Shown: one piece after another, positions 1 to 9,577 of the stretch
How the letters are laid out: each line of letters opens with the position of its first letter
Position numbering within the stretch: position 1 is the first letter of the stretch
Source: Candidatus Omnitrophota bacterium
GTDB taxonomy: Bacteria > Omnitrophota > Gorgyraeia > Gygaellales > Profunditerraquicolaceae
Direction: 5' to 3'
Length of the DNA stretch: 64,000 nt
Assembly (NCBI GenBank): GCA_041650835.1
Contig: JBAZKL010000001.1
Coordinates: forward strand, 171,931 to 235,930
Notes under the pieces: model-generated
Told to the model about the DNA's origin: nothing
Databases searched by the model: none
Seen by the model: the letters and a program-made list of their open reading frames with translations, nothing else
Made by a program: the position numbers and the translations under genes

Positions 1-188
1 TTTCATTCATATAAGACGCCGGCTCCTTGATCAACCTTCCGGAACCAAGATATTTCTGGGGCATGGGGAAATATAAAGCTTCGAGAGTGTCCCTCTGCGC
101 TTCAAGAAGATCTAATGTTTTTGCGTTATAATTATACCCTATTGAAAATTTCATTGATTATGACCGGCGTTTGAACATTAATTATCCG

Positions 189-2225
189 CTATCTGACCCT
201 CTTTAATAAATCCACGGCTTTCCCGCTCTTGTCAAACCTAAGCACATAGCAGGGAACCTCCCGCGCTATTCTTTCCGCCACAGACAATGTCTTTTCCCAC
301 CAGTCAACAGTAACCAGAGGCTTGACTAAACACTCCAGAATTTTTTTAATTCTTTCTTTCCTGTCTTCCAAAGGTATAAGCCGATTTTCATCCGCTTTCT
401 CCAAGAACATGATCGCTCTTAACGCGGCTGAATTTGGCGATATATCCGGCACATCTCCATGGCTCCAGGTCCCGTAAATCTTAAAACCTTCGGGTTTTCT
501 TCTTATGATCATCCGGTCATCACAGAGTATTTCAGCCTTTCCCTTGAACATGGCAGCCATAGTGGATTTTCCCGCTTCGGAATGGCCGGCAAAAAGCAGG
601 CCTTTACCGTTGAAATTCACCCCGCTGGAATGCAAATAACATCCCTGCCTATCAGCTAAAACGCGCGCGATAAGCATCTGGTCCGAAGGGAACATAGTCA
701 GAGAATGTAAATTCCCCTGTAAGAACAATTCTTCCGTATCATTGTAAATTCTGCCGCGGCTGTGGTCAGCGTTAAATGACGCGACACGATGCAGCCCTTT
801 ATCCTCTGGCGCCGAAGGAATTCCCAAATATATCCACGAACCGTTATTTTTATATATTGCCCAGGGGGGCCTACGGTAAAACTCTTTGCCAAGGTCTTTA
901 TCGGCCAGGTCCGGCAGAAAAAAGTGCTGCCAAATAGAAATAGTATCTTCTCCCGGGCCATCTACTTCAAAAAGCTTGAATTTAGGGTGGAATGTATTAT
1001 TTTTGATCGGCAGATCAGATTCAACCCGCACGGTAATATCAGCGATTTTAAAGTAACGGCGGTGGAGTTTATGCCATTTTTCCCTGAACTTCCGGTTTTC
1101 TTTGGCAACGGAGCAAAGATATTCAACCTTATGGTTAAAATCCCGGGACTCAAGATACCCATAAACCGGGCAGAAACGGCAATCTTTACGCAGATCGCAA
1201 GAGCCGCAATTCTTCTTATATTCTTCTGTAATCTTAACTTTAGCTGCCAAAGAAGGGATAAATTTATCCCAACAATCCTTAAAACTGCCCTTTATTAAAT
1301 TGTAACGAAGATCAGGGTGCTTGATAAAACTGCAGAAGGTCATTTGCCCATAAGGATCAATGTGAAAATCACGCCTTAAATTTATGCAGGAGCTCAATAA
1401 CCGGCCATTTTCACTTATCATACGGCATTCGGGATCTTCCCCGTTCATCCGGTCATCATAAAACAAATCCGGTTTATCCAACTCAACGACTTTTTCAGGC
1501 GGCAGCCTCTGCCGCGTTATTTCTTTATTCCTTTCGGCATCACCGCAGGCAGACAGAAATAACCAGGCAGCGCCTATTCTATAATACTTACTGACGCGCC
1601 GGGACAACTTAACCATATCCTGAAACTGATGGTAATTATCCTTCATCGGGATTATCTGAACTATAAAACCAGCGCCGGCTTCTTTTAAGTATCGCAACCC
1701 ACGCATAGTCGCCTCAAAAGAGCCCGGGGTACGGGTTATATGATCGTGAATTTGAGCGCTTGCCCCGTAAAGCGCGACCATTTTTACCCCTTTTTTCGCC
1801 AGAAGCTTTGCTATTTTAGGAGTGATCAAAGTACCATTGGTATTTATGGAATAAGAATTGAACCTGCGGGTAAGATAATCAAAGATTTCAGGGAAATCCG
1901 GTCGCAGCAAGGGCTCACCGCCGGAGATAGACCACCTGCGGCAGCCCATTCTCCGCGCTTCATTCACAATTTCCTTAATTTGCGCTACGGCAAGTTCTTC
2001 TTTCTTTTGAGGTGAATTTACGGGGACTCTTAACCAACAATGGCGGCAATTATTATTACAACGGTAGGTAAGATCGATTTTGCCTTCTAAGGGCAAACGG
2101 GTAAACTTGTTTACTTTTATTTCTTGTGAATACTCCTGCGCCATAGTTATAGTTATACGCGGTAACCTAAGAAAATCCAATTCAAAAGCAGCCCAAGAAC
2201 CAAAGATCAAAAGAACGACCTGCAT
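189..2225 (-). CDS. Radical SAM/SPASM enzyme fused to a C-terminal HprK-like P-loop kinase domain
   Basis: N-terminal CxxxCxxC (CNNNCRHC) in TYRCNNNCRHCW. Mid-protein SPASM pattern CSFIKHPDLRYNLIKGSFKDCW ... CGSCDLRKDCRFC. C-terminal GKGLLFAGHSEAGKSTMAAMF...ILCDDRMIIRR closely matches the HPr kinase/phosphorylase C-terminal P-loop (LhhG.SG.GKS...haDD). The true start may be the internal Met (MAQEY, ~2144). Confidence 0.7.
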   Translation of the reverse strand: MQVVLLIFGSWAAFELDFLRLPRITITMAQEYSQEIKVNKFTRLPLEGKIDLTYRCNNNCRHCWLRVPVNSPQKKEELAVAQIKEIVNEARRMGCRRWSISGGEPLLRPDFPEIFDYLTRRFNSYSINTNGTLITPKIAKLLAKKGVKMVALYGASAQIHDHITRTPGSFEATMRGLRYLKEAGAGFIVQIIPMKDNYHQFQDMVKLSRRVSKYYRIGAAWLFLSACGDAERNKEITRQRLPPEKVVELDKPDLFYDDRMNGEDPECRMISENGRLLSSCINLRRDFHIDPYGQMTFCSFIKHPDLRYNLIKGSFKDCWDKFIPSLAAKVKITEEYKKNCGSCDLRKDCRFCPVYGYLESRDFNHKVEYLCSVAKENRKFREKWHKLHRRYFKIADITVRVESDLPIKNNTFHPKFKLFEVDGPGEDTISIWQHFFLPDLADKDLGKEFYRRPPWAIYKNNGSWIYLGIPSAPEDKGLHRVASFNADHSRGRIYNDTEELFLQGNLHSLTMFPSDQMLIARVLADRQGCYLHSSGVNFNGKGLLFAGHSEAGKSTMAAMFKGKAEILCDDRMIIRRKPEGFKIYGTWSHGDVPDISPNSAALRAIMFLEKADENRLIPLEDRKERIKKILECLVKPLVTVDWWEKTLSVAERIAREVPCYVLRFDKSGKAVDLLKRVR

Positions 2226-2440
2226 CCATCGTGTATTGAACCGGACCCGCCGATGCTGTATCCTTTACGCGGCCCTCTCCCTCCTGAGAACCCTGCTTTG
2301 TAAATTTAGATTGGAACTCGGGTACGAATATTATGGCAGATTGGTTCTATGCTACAATACAAACTGACAAAAGTCAAAATAATTCAGTTGCGCCGACAGT
2401 ATCCCCTCATAATAACCGCGGGCCCGCATGACGAACAGGC

Positions 2441-3760
2441 TCAATGATCCCATTTCCTTGATACCTTGTTCAACAAGTAACAAAACGAGGCCCAATGCGC
2501 CAGGCTGACCAGCGGATCACGCAAGAAAAACTTGAAATAATTATCGCATTCAACTCTCCGGCGCCTTGAAAAATAAATATCATAATAATGCTTAAGCATT
2601 GCTGAAACCGGGGGCAGCTTTCTGGTTTTCTTACCGGACAACAACTTTTCTTTTAAAAAAGCCTCCCCCCGAAGGAACAGGTAGAAAATAAATATACATA
2701 TATCGCGCGCCGGCCATACGAAAACAACCTCCCCCTTATCGGTTGATACCGGCAAAGCTACCGCCTTATTTTCGAAAAGAGACAGCGAGATCAGCGGGCC
2801 GTTCACCCCTTCCCTTACTTCCGACCAGGTCCCTTCGCTGATACGCACATTAACCTCCATCACTTTGTGCATGCCATCCCGCGCGTCAACTTTAAGCTGA
2901 ACATGGCCATAGCCGATAAATTGCTCACTCGCGAACAGCGAAACGATCTTGTTAAAATACGCAGGAAGGTTTTTCTTTATCAGCAGCAATCCAAAGTTTT
3001 GATGGATGGTCATTTCCGGCCTTTGACAAACCGCGCATGAACCCAGGAACAAAGTTCCATCCCGCCTCATGTAAACACGCGCGTACGCAATGGTATCGCC
3101 GGGGATATACTCCTGCACCACGAACTCATGAGCGCGCGCCTTGTTCTTTTGCCTCCAAGCCTCCCAATCCCCTCTGTCCTTAATAAAGCATATCCCCCGC
3201 GAGGCGCTTGCGAAACGCGGTTTGACCACAGCCACCGGGGAGGTGCTTCCCGTTTCCGGAAAACGCAGTTTATCCGCATCTTCAACAAGAAAGGTTTCCG
3301 GGCACCGAAGCCCTTGCTCCCGCGCCAGCCGTATTATGGTAAACTTATCCGCCATGCGTTTCAATACGGGATAATCGTTAACGGGGATGAAAACACCTTG
3401 TTCCTCGAATACTTTTTTGTATTTTGCCAGAATAAACACTTCCTCATCTCCGGAAGGGTATATAAGATTTACGCGCTCGCGCCGGCAAATATTTAAGATA
3501 TCATCTATGTATTCTTTTTCTGCGGCAACACAAGAACTTTCGTTCAAAGTGGTCACGCATCCGGCAGGTGATTTGCCGGTTTTTATTCTATACGTTTTAG
3601 CTATTAATCGCGAGTGTGAGGAAAACGAGAACACCCCGGGAACTATCCCATTCCCCTTGACGGTAACGATGATCCTCTCACACTGGTCAAAGAGCGCGCG
3701 GATAATGTCATATGACTGCGGCGTGCCCGGATCGGTAATTAACAGCCTCCAACGTTTCAT
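2441..3760 (-). CDS. ATP-grasp domain protein (carboxylate-amine/thiol ligase family)
   Basis: Pre-ATP-grasp N-domain (MKRWRLLITDPG...) and ATP-grasp-like central region (AVVKPRFASASRGICFIKDRGDWEAW...EFVVQEYIPGD). 4-nt overlap with the downstream gene. Confidence 0.5.
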   Translation of the reverse strand: MKRWRLLITDPGTPQSYDIIRALFDQCERIIVTVKGNGIVPGVFSFSSHSRLIAKTYRIKTGKSPAGCVTTLNESSCVAAEKEYIDDILNICRRERVNLIYPSGDEEVFILAKYKKVFEEQGVFIPVNDYPVLKRMADKFTIIRLAREQGLRCPETFLVEDADKLRFPETGSTSPVAVVKPRFASASRGICFIKDRGDWEAWRQKNKARAHEFVVQEYIPGDTIAYARVYMRRDGTLFLGSCAVCQRPEMTIHQNFGLLLIKKNLPAYFNKIVSLFASEQFIGYGHVQLKVDARDGMHKVMEVNVRISEGTWSEVREGVNGPLISLSLFENKAVALPVSTDKGEVVFVWPARDICIFIFYLFLRGEAFLKEKLLSGKKTRKLPPVSAMLKHYYDIYFSRRRRVECDNYFKFFLRDPLVSLAHWASFCYLLNKVSRKWDH

Positions 3761-4791
3761 GGCCGCTTTCCTTCTTTCTTCAACGGCTCACCCGGGAGCT
3801 CACAGAGATAAGCAATGATCCCCGGGAGAACCAACACCCAGTACTGCGAAAGCTGAAATTTGGGCAGGCCGACCAAAAAGAATATCAACCACAGGGAAAA
3901 CCACTTGATCACCGCGCCAAGACCTGCCGCCCCCTGCCGGACCTTTTCGAACAGGTAAAACAAAAAGGTGACACACGCGGACAAATAGCACAGCGTTACC
4001 ACGGCCGCCGCCCGCGCGCCCATGACCGGCAAAAGCAGATAATAAACATTCGGACTGCGAAACATCCAGGGGCTATAGAAATGCGCGGCCACCATGGATC
4101 CGCTCACCCTTGGCCCGAACAGAGCCTGCGTAAATTCCCGCGGGCCGGTAATGAAAAACGGCAAGAAGATCAAAACAATTGTCCCGGTAAAACACCAAAA
4201 ACTCTTTTTATCAACGCGCCAGAAATAAACCGAAGAAATCAACGCGAGAGGAAAATAAAACTGTTTTACCGACACAGCGCATGCCAGCGCGACCGCTGCC
4301 GCCGCAGGCAGCTTATAGCGCTCATGCAACAAAAGCGCAAGGATTATCCCGCCGGCGGCAACAATATCGTTGGATGCCGTAAACCCGGAAGTTATTTCCC
4401 GCGTGAACGGATTGAGCAAAAAAACAGCCGCAAGGAACATTCCCCAGCGCTCATCCCTGGCGCAGGCCAGCAGGCCGAACGCGGTGAACAGCGCGAAAAT
4501 AAAATTCAGCCAGCGGATATCCGCCCAACTCGCCAACAGGCTATAGCCCAATGCTCCTGCGGGTGGATAACTGTAATGCAGTGAATAAGCCGAATCGGCG
4601 GTCTTAATGATAAACGGCGACGAATAAGGATTCATCCCCTTGATTATCTTGAGCGACGCCAAGCGGTTTATTTCGTATATGTCGCTGGTATGGCCGATCG
4701 GAAATTGCCGGATATTTGCGTGAGTCAGTCCGGCGAACACTGCCACGAACGCTATTGCGATAAGCCATTTTACTAAAGCCTGCTCTTTCAC
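3757..4791 (-). CDS. Polytopic integral membrane protein (possible GT-C-like glycosyltransferase or polymerase; function unknown)
   Basis: About 10 predicted TM helices across the whole length with no soluble domain. Operonic between the ATP-grasp gene and a hypothetical gene. Confidence 0.35.
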   Translation of the reverse strand: MKEQALVKWLIAIAFVAVFAGLTHANIRQFPIGHTSDIYEINRLASLKIIKGMNPYSSPFIIKTADSAYSLHYSYPPAGALGYSLLASWADIRWLNFIFALFTAFGLLACARDERWGMFLAAVFLLNPFTREITSGFTASNDIVAAGGIILALLLHERYKLPAAAAVALACAVSVKQFYFPLALISSVYFWRVDKKSFWCFTGTIVLIFLPFFITGPREFTQALFGPRVSGSMVAAHFYSPWMFRSPNVYYLLLPVMGARAAAVVTLCYLSACVTFLFYLFEKVRQGAAGLGAVIKWFSLWLIFFLVGLPKFQLSQYWVLVLPGIIAYLCELPGEPLKKEGKRP

Positions 4792-4792
4792 G

Positions 4793-6040
4793 TCACTCCT
4801 TTACCTGGTAAATAAAATAAAACGGCCGATTATAACGGATGAGGGCCGCGCCATTCTCTGTCCTGCTGCGGTTTACCAGTAACGCAACATACATGCGCTG
4901 CGGGAACAGATCATAGGCAGAAAGATCGAACGCTCCCTGGCGGTTCGAGGGGATCCGGGCAAGGACCGGCCGGTCCGGCAGAAGAAAGTCTTTCCCGGCG
5001 GAATATAACTCAAGGGCGGTTTCTTCTCCTTCATCCATTCGCCAATCACGATCCATGACCGATTCGCCTCCGTCATAGGCCAAGGTATGCCCAAGCGGCG
5101 CGCGCGCGGGCGGAACAGGAATATTCACCACCATCTCCCCGCTGCCGTGAGACGCTTCCCAACTGATCCGGACATCCGGGATATTTACCGCCGGGATACT
5201 TTCCAAAAGAAGCGTTCGGGAAAAATTCTGTTCGCGTTCATCCCAATCCAGCGTAAAGGGTTGCGAGAAAAACGCCCCTTGCTTCACGCTCATTTTCTTT
5301 AGCTGCCGCAGCGTCACCGCTTCAAGGCGCAAGAAAACACTTTTGCCCGCCTCCAAAAATACCGCATGAACATCCGGACCGAAAGCATCATATGTCCGGG
5401 GGTGATATTCGAACATCCTGCTGGTCGCGCGGTCGCCGAGATACTTCGAAAACGCGGTGATCCTGAACACGCAGGAAGGGACCTGTTCAGGCACGAGAAA
5501 CCGCGGCCCGCACAGGTACGGGCTGGAATATATTATTTCCCCTTCCCGGTTAAAAAAATCCACCGTGTAGAATAACGCCGTCGCGCCGCCAGGCCATTCC
5601 AATAAACCACCCCGCTGTTCCACTTGTCCCACCGCGGAAACGAACAATCTGCGGGAACGCTCAACTGCCACTTCTTTCTTAAAAACAACCCCGTCCTCAA
5701 AGCAGACCTCCACATACAAATGCCGGGGCAGCGAATCATACGCGAGGCTCCCCTGAAACAGCGTTGTCCGCGGGATGTAACCGGAGCGCTCGCCGGTAAG
5801 CGGACCTATAACCTGTCCGGCTTCGTTCTTCAGCACTGCCCGCGTAATGCCGAGCTTATACGCCGGCTTCACCAGTACCACGAGGCGCTTGCCGGCATCA
5901 GCAAATACATGCAGCGCAGGCTTAACCAATATGATCCTTGGAGAAGGATCAAAAAAATACAAACGGATCCCTATAAAAAAAATGAAAAGGAATATAGCTG
6001 TATATTTAAGCGCAGGCTTCATTTTAATCATGCCGAGCAA
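4793..6040 (-). CDS. Membrane-anchored hypothetical protein (single N-terminal TM, large extracytoplasmic domain)
   Basis: N-terminal hydrophobic helix (AIFLFIFFIGIRLYFF), no recognisable motifs, tightly packed in the operon. Confidence 0.4.
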   Translation of the reverse strand: MLGMIKMKPALKYTAIFLFIFFIGIRLYFFDPSPRIILVKPALHVFADAGKRLVVLVKPAYKLGITRAVLKNEAGQVIGPLTGERSGYIPRTTLFQGSLAYDSLPRHLYVEVCFEDGVVFKKEVAVERSRRLFVSAVGQVEQRGGLLEWPGGATALFYTVDFFNREGEIIYSSPYLCGPRFLVPEQVPSCVFRITAFSKYLGDRATSRMFEYHPRTYDAFGPDVHAVFLEAGKSVFLRLEAVTLRQLKKMSVKQGAFFSQPFTLDWDEREQNFSRTLLLESIPAVNIPDVRISWEASHGSGEMVVNIPVPPARAPLGHTLAYDGGESVMDRDWRMDEGEETALELYSAGKDFLLPDRPVLARIPSNRQGAFDLSAYDLFPQRMYVALLVNRSRTENGAALIRYNRPFYFIYQVKE

Positions 6041-7470
6041 GCCGTCCTATAAACAAATTTTAATTTCTCACCGAGAGGAAAACGCGATATTCTCAAGGCC
6101 AAAACATATATTACGCCGGCAACGGACATCTTCAGCAAAAAATAGCCCATCGTTACCGGAAAGACCGCATTCATCCCGAGCAGGCACAGGACCATGACGG
6201 TCGAAGCGGCAATCACCGGCCATACATTCCGCAGATATATCTTTGCGGACACGCCGATCAGGCGGTTGGTTGCCGTAATGATCACCGGAAAATAGATCAG
6301 CTCCGCGAGCGTGACCGCCGCGGCTATACCGGCAATGCCGTAACGCCGGCCGATGAGAATTGCGCTGCAACTGACCAGGCAATAAAAGACCCCCCAGCGC
6401 CAGGTAAGGTCCGGCCTTCCCTTGGCATAAAAGATCGCCCTGATTATACCTCTGCGCAGCGTTTGCAGCAAGCCGTTCACGCAGAGTATCCGCAGCGCGT
6501 CTGCCGCGTTAAGCCATTTCCCGCCGAACAAGAACAAGATAACGTCTGTTGCGTTGACACAAACCGCCAGATGCAAGGGAACGCTCAATAAAGCCATGCC
6601 CTGGATGACTTTTAAATAAAACTCACCGAACAACGCGTTTTCATCGCGCATCCTGCTCAACGCCGGAAATAATACCCGGTAAAACACCGGCGCGGCCTGG
6701 TAGTAAAAATAATTGGAAACCGAATAGGCAAAATAATAGTAACCCATCGCCGCAACACCCAGGAATTTACTGATGATCAGAAAATCAAGATTAGCGCCGA
6801 TATAATTAAGGATCTCCGCGCCGAAAACATTTTTCCCGAAGCGGAGCATTTCTTTCAGCCTCCCGGCTTCAAAGCCAAGGGCCGGTTTCCACTCACTCGC
6901 CCGCCAGCTTAATAAACAGAGTACCGCGCTCTTGAGTACCAGCGCCCACACCAGGCTCCAAACGTTGCGAGTAAGAAACGCGATGCCCCCCCCGGCTACT
7001 CCATAGACGATCACCCCTGCCACCTGGGGGATCACGAGCCGTTTATAAGCCAGCTTTCTGCTTATGACCGCTTCGAAAATAGAGGTCAACGAATCGAAAA
7101 CAAAAGTGACGGAAAGCACCCTTAAGATCGCAGTCAACGGAGGATTGTGGAAGAAGCCCGCGATAAACGGGGCAACGATCACGGTGATCAAAGCCGCTAC
7201 CGTCGCGCTCGCCAGGTAAGAAGAAAAAGCGGTAACAAGATGCCGCTCATCCGTATCATCATTCTGAACCAGCGCTTCCGGTAAACCGAATCCCTGCAGC
7301 AGGACCTGGATACATTTAATATAGATATACGCGGTCGTGATCGTCCCGAAATGCTCCGGCAGCAATAACCGGGCAAGGATAATTGCCGAGACAAACTGTA
7401 TCACCTGGGAAATGATTTGCCCCAGGCTTACCCAGGTGAATCCCTGGGCGACTTTTTGCCGCATATTCAC
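6028..7470 (-). CDS. wzx: Wzx-type oligosaccharide flippase (MOP/polysaccharide biosynthesis protein family)
   Basis: 480 aa, ~12-14 TM helices. N-terminus MNMRQKVAQGFTWVSLGQIISQVIQFVSAIILARLL is typical of Wzx/RfbX. Confidence 0.75.
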   Translation of the reverse strand: MNMRQKVAQGFTWVSLGQIISQVIQFVSAIILARLLLPEHFGTITTAYIYIKCIQVLLQGFGLPEALVQNDDTDERHLVTAFSSYLASATVAALITVIVAPFIAGFFHNPPLTAILRVLSVTFVFDSLTSIFEAVISRKLAYKRLVIPQVAGVIVYGVAGGGIAFLTRNVWSLVWALVLKSAVLCLLSWRASEWKPALGFEAGRLKEMLRFGKNVFGAEILNYIGANLDFLIISKFLGVAAMGYYYFAYSVSNYFYYQAAPVFYRVLFPALSRMRDENALFGEFYLKVIQGMALLSVPLHLAVCVNATDVILFLFGGKWLNAADALRILCVNGLLQTLRRGIIRAIFYAKGRPDLTWRWGVFYCLVSCSAILIGRRYGIAGIAAAVTLAELIYFPVIITATNRLIGVSAKIYLRNVWPVIAASTVMVLCLLGMNAVFPVTMGYFLLKMSVAGVIYVLALRISRFPLGEKLKFVYRTACSA

Positions 7471-7519
7471 GATCGATCACCCCGCACGGTTTTAGCTTCA
7501 ACCAAAATTCATAGTATCC

Positions 7520-8506
7520 CTAATCCAGCAATCGAAGCAAAGAAACACACGACGCACAAATCTTTTCATCGCAGCGGCCCTGCCGCCGGAAACCAGTCCC
7601 CGGGAAACTCCCCGCGTCAAGATCATCCTTATGAACATCGCCTGCCGGCGGAAAATTACGGCAGCGATAGGCTTCGCCGTCCGCGTTCACAAATAACGAA
7701 CGCGCAGGAACAAAGCAACGGCCATCCACGCGCCCCGTTTCCAGGTAACGGATCAATCTTTGCGTCACCAAGCCGTTCCCCAGGGGATTGCGCCTGACGC
7801 TGCGCAGCGCTTGCCGTATCGCGCGCTTCTGCTCAGGGCTGAAAACAAAAGTACCGTTCTTTGAATTTTCTTCAAAATGCAGTGCATTGGTATATGACTT
7901 ATTATTTTCAACTATTTTAAAAACAAAACGCATACGCTTTTGCCGGAAATAGGCGGCAGCGCGTTCAATATCATCGTAGTTCCAGGGAGTAATGACAAAC
8001 TTCGCCTGTAAACCGGCCCAAGGGAATTTTTGTTGTATCAGAGCGATCGAATGTTGCGTTTGTCGCAACGCGCCCGGGGTCCGCGTCAAGCGGTCATGCG
8101 ATTGCAGCCCGTGAATGCTTAATTCCAGGACCAGACGCCGGTCGATCTTTATCCCCGTTAAAAAGTCACCTATCTCGCCGGTAAGCGTGCCGTTTGAAGA
8201 TATGAGCAGCGTCGATTTAGGAAACAATGACCGGGCATGAGAATAGAGCGAGCTCAGGTCCTTTCGCAAAAAAGGCTCGCCGCCGGTAAAGGTGATGTGT
8301 CGCGTTTTTTCGAGTGAGGGATGCTTGAGTACCCGCGTAACGGCATCACTTGATAGCTCATCACTACATTCGCCGTTTCTTTCCCATATATCGCACATGC
8401 GGCACTTCAAATTACACGCAGTGGTCAACGCAAGAGTAACCGAGGTAATTTCCAACCGGCCAAGATATGCGAGCAGGCAATTTTTAATCCGTTTCAATGT
8501 CTCCAT
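7520..8506 (-). CDS. Radical SAM protein with C-terminal SPASM/twitch-like Cys cluster
   Basis: CNLKCRMC near the N-terminus, GGEPFLRKD glycine-rich SAM motif, C-terminal CFVPARSLFVNADGEAYRC...CDEKICASC. Confidence 0.75.
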   Translation of the reverse strand: METLKRIKNCLLAYLGRLEITSVTLALTTACNLKCRMCDIWERNGECSDELSSDAVTRVLKHPSLEKTRHITFTGGEPFLRKDLSSLYSHARSLFPKSTLLISSNGTLTGEIGDFLTGIKIDRRLVLELSIHGLQSHDRLTRTPGALRQTQHSIALIQQKFPWAGLQAKFVITPWNYDDIERAAAYFRQKRMRFVFKIVENNKSYTNALHFEENSKNGTFVFSPEQKRAIRQALRSVRRNPLGNGLVTQRLIRYLETGRVDGRCFVPARSLFVNADGEAYRCRNFPPAGDVHKDDLDAGSFPGTGFRRQGRCDEKICASCVSLLRLLD

Positions 8507-8518
8507 ATTTTACGTCTT

Positions 8519-9577
8519 TCAACAGTCCGCGCGGGCACCGCAAAACCAGCTCCGTGGATTGCAGGCCTTCCTCATAACCCTTTGAAATACCGCTTCGTCT
8601 TGATAGTCGAAATATATCCGGGAAGCTATCCCGCTAAAAGCAAGCTCCGCGGCGCGCATCAACTTCCAGTACTTGCCTCCCTCAAAACAGTTATTGCGCA
8701 CGATCGCGCGGATATTCTCGTGCTTTTCCACGAACCGGCAGAATGCCCCCGTTTCAGCCGCCGTTTCCCGGCAGACGATAAAGATCAATTCCGTGATCTT
8801 ATCTTTTGGCCCCAGAAGCATCGTGATATTACGCATCACCCGTTCAAAATTATCCGCCCCCGTAACGGCACGATATGTTTGCCGGCTCATCCCGTAGAGA
8901 GAAACGGTAACGCCAATACCGCTTGAGATCCGGCCGAAGGTATCTAATAATATCCCGTTAGTAAGAATATGCAGCCTTTTCTCCGGGTAATGAGCGATCA
9001 CCCATTCAATGAATTCCCGCGTAACCGGCGCAAAAAGCGGTTCCCCTCCGGAAACAATGATATCCCGGGCCGCGGGTACCAGATCCTCCTTTATCTCTTT
9101 CATCAGCTCCTCGGATAACTGAGCGCATTGGCGGCGCCGGCGCATCCCGGACTGATAGCAAAAAGAACAATTATTGTTACAGGTAAAAGAAGGAACAACC
9201 ACGAGCATCGGCGGCGCGTAGTCAAGCTGAACCACTTTGTTCTTAAGAGCGTGCTTAACCGGATCATGGGCGGTGAAAGGGAAAAACGGGTCACGGCAAC
9301 AGTTCGCCCCGCGGCAAAAATCCCACGAACCACGGGAGATCATTGTCCTCTGAAACCGGAACTGCTTTGCATTCCAGGCTTCCCTGACCCCTTTTTTAAC
9401 GACCACCCGGTTCCCCGGGATAAACACATTGCTGAAACACGTGCTCAGTTGGGCTGCGCCCTGCTCCGCGGGAGAGATCTCTAACCGGTAATAGCCGCGG
9501 TGGCAGCGATACGGCTTTGTTTCGCCGGTATTTCCCCGAAAGATTGTCCGCGACACCAGTTGGAAATCCTTTATCAT
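8519..9577 (-). CDS. Radical SAM protein with ~125-aa Cys-rich N-terminal domain (paralog A)
   Basis: CNNNCSFC at ~aa 133, GGEP motif (VSGGEPLFAP). N-domain has C..YY...SP...STC...WNA..F..QR...G.W..C..G.C..PFF, which is conserved in the adjacent paralog. Confidence 0.7.
   Translation of the reverse strand: MIKDFQLVSRTIFRGNTGETKPYRCHRGYYRLEISPAEQGAAQLSTCFSNVFIPGNRVVVKKGVREAWNAKQFRFQRTMISRGSWDFCRGANCCRDPFFPFTAHDPVKHALKNKVVQLDYAPPMLVVVPSFTCNNNCSFCYQSGMRRRRQCAQLSEELMKEIKEDLVPAARDIIVSGGEPLFAPVTREFIEWVIAHYPEKRLHILTNGILLDTFGRISSGIGVTVSLYGMSRQTYRAVTGADNFERVMRNITMLLGPKDKITELIFIVCRETAAETGAFCRFVEKHENIRAIVRNNCFEGGKYWKLMRAAELAFSGIASRIYFDYQDEAVFQRVMRKACNPRSWFCGARADC

Noticed and set aside
1-64. Possible 5' end of another minus-strand gene running off the left edge (ATG at 62..64, MPQKYLGSGRLIKEPASYMNE…)
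   Set aside because: Only 21 codons visible, no clear Shine-Dalgarno, cannot be assessed.
2350-2452. 33-codon minus-strand ORF (MGSLSLFVMRARGYYEGILSAQLNYFDFCQFVL) as a candidate RiPP precursor
   Set aside because: It overlaps the last codons of the ATP-grasp gene out of frame, has no RBS, and lacks any leader/core-like features. Not reportable as a feature.
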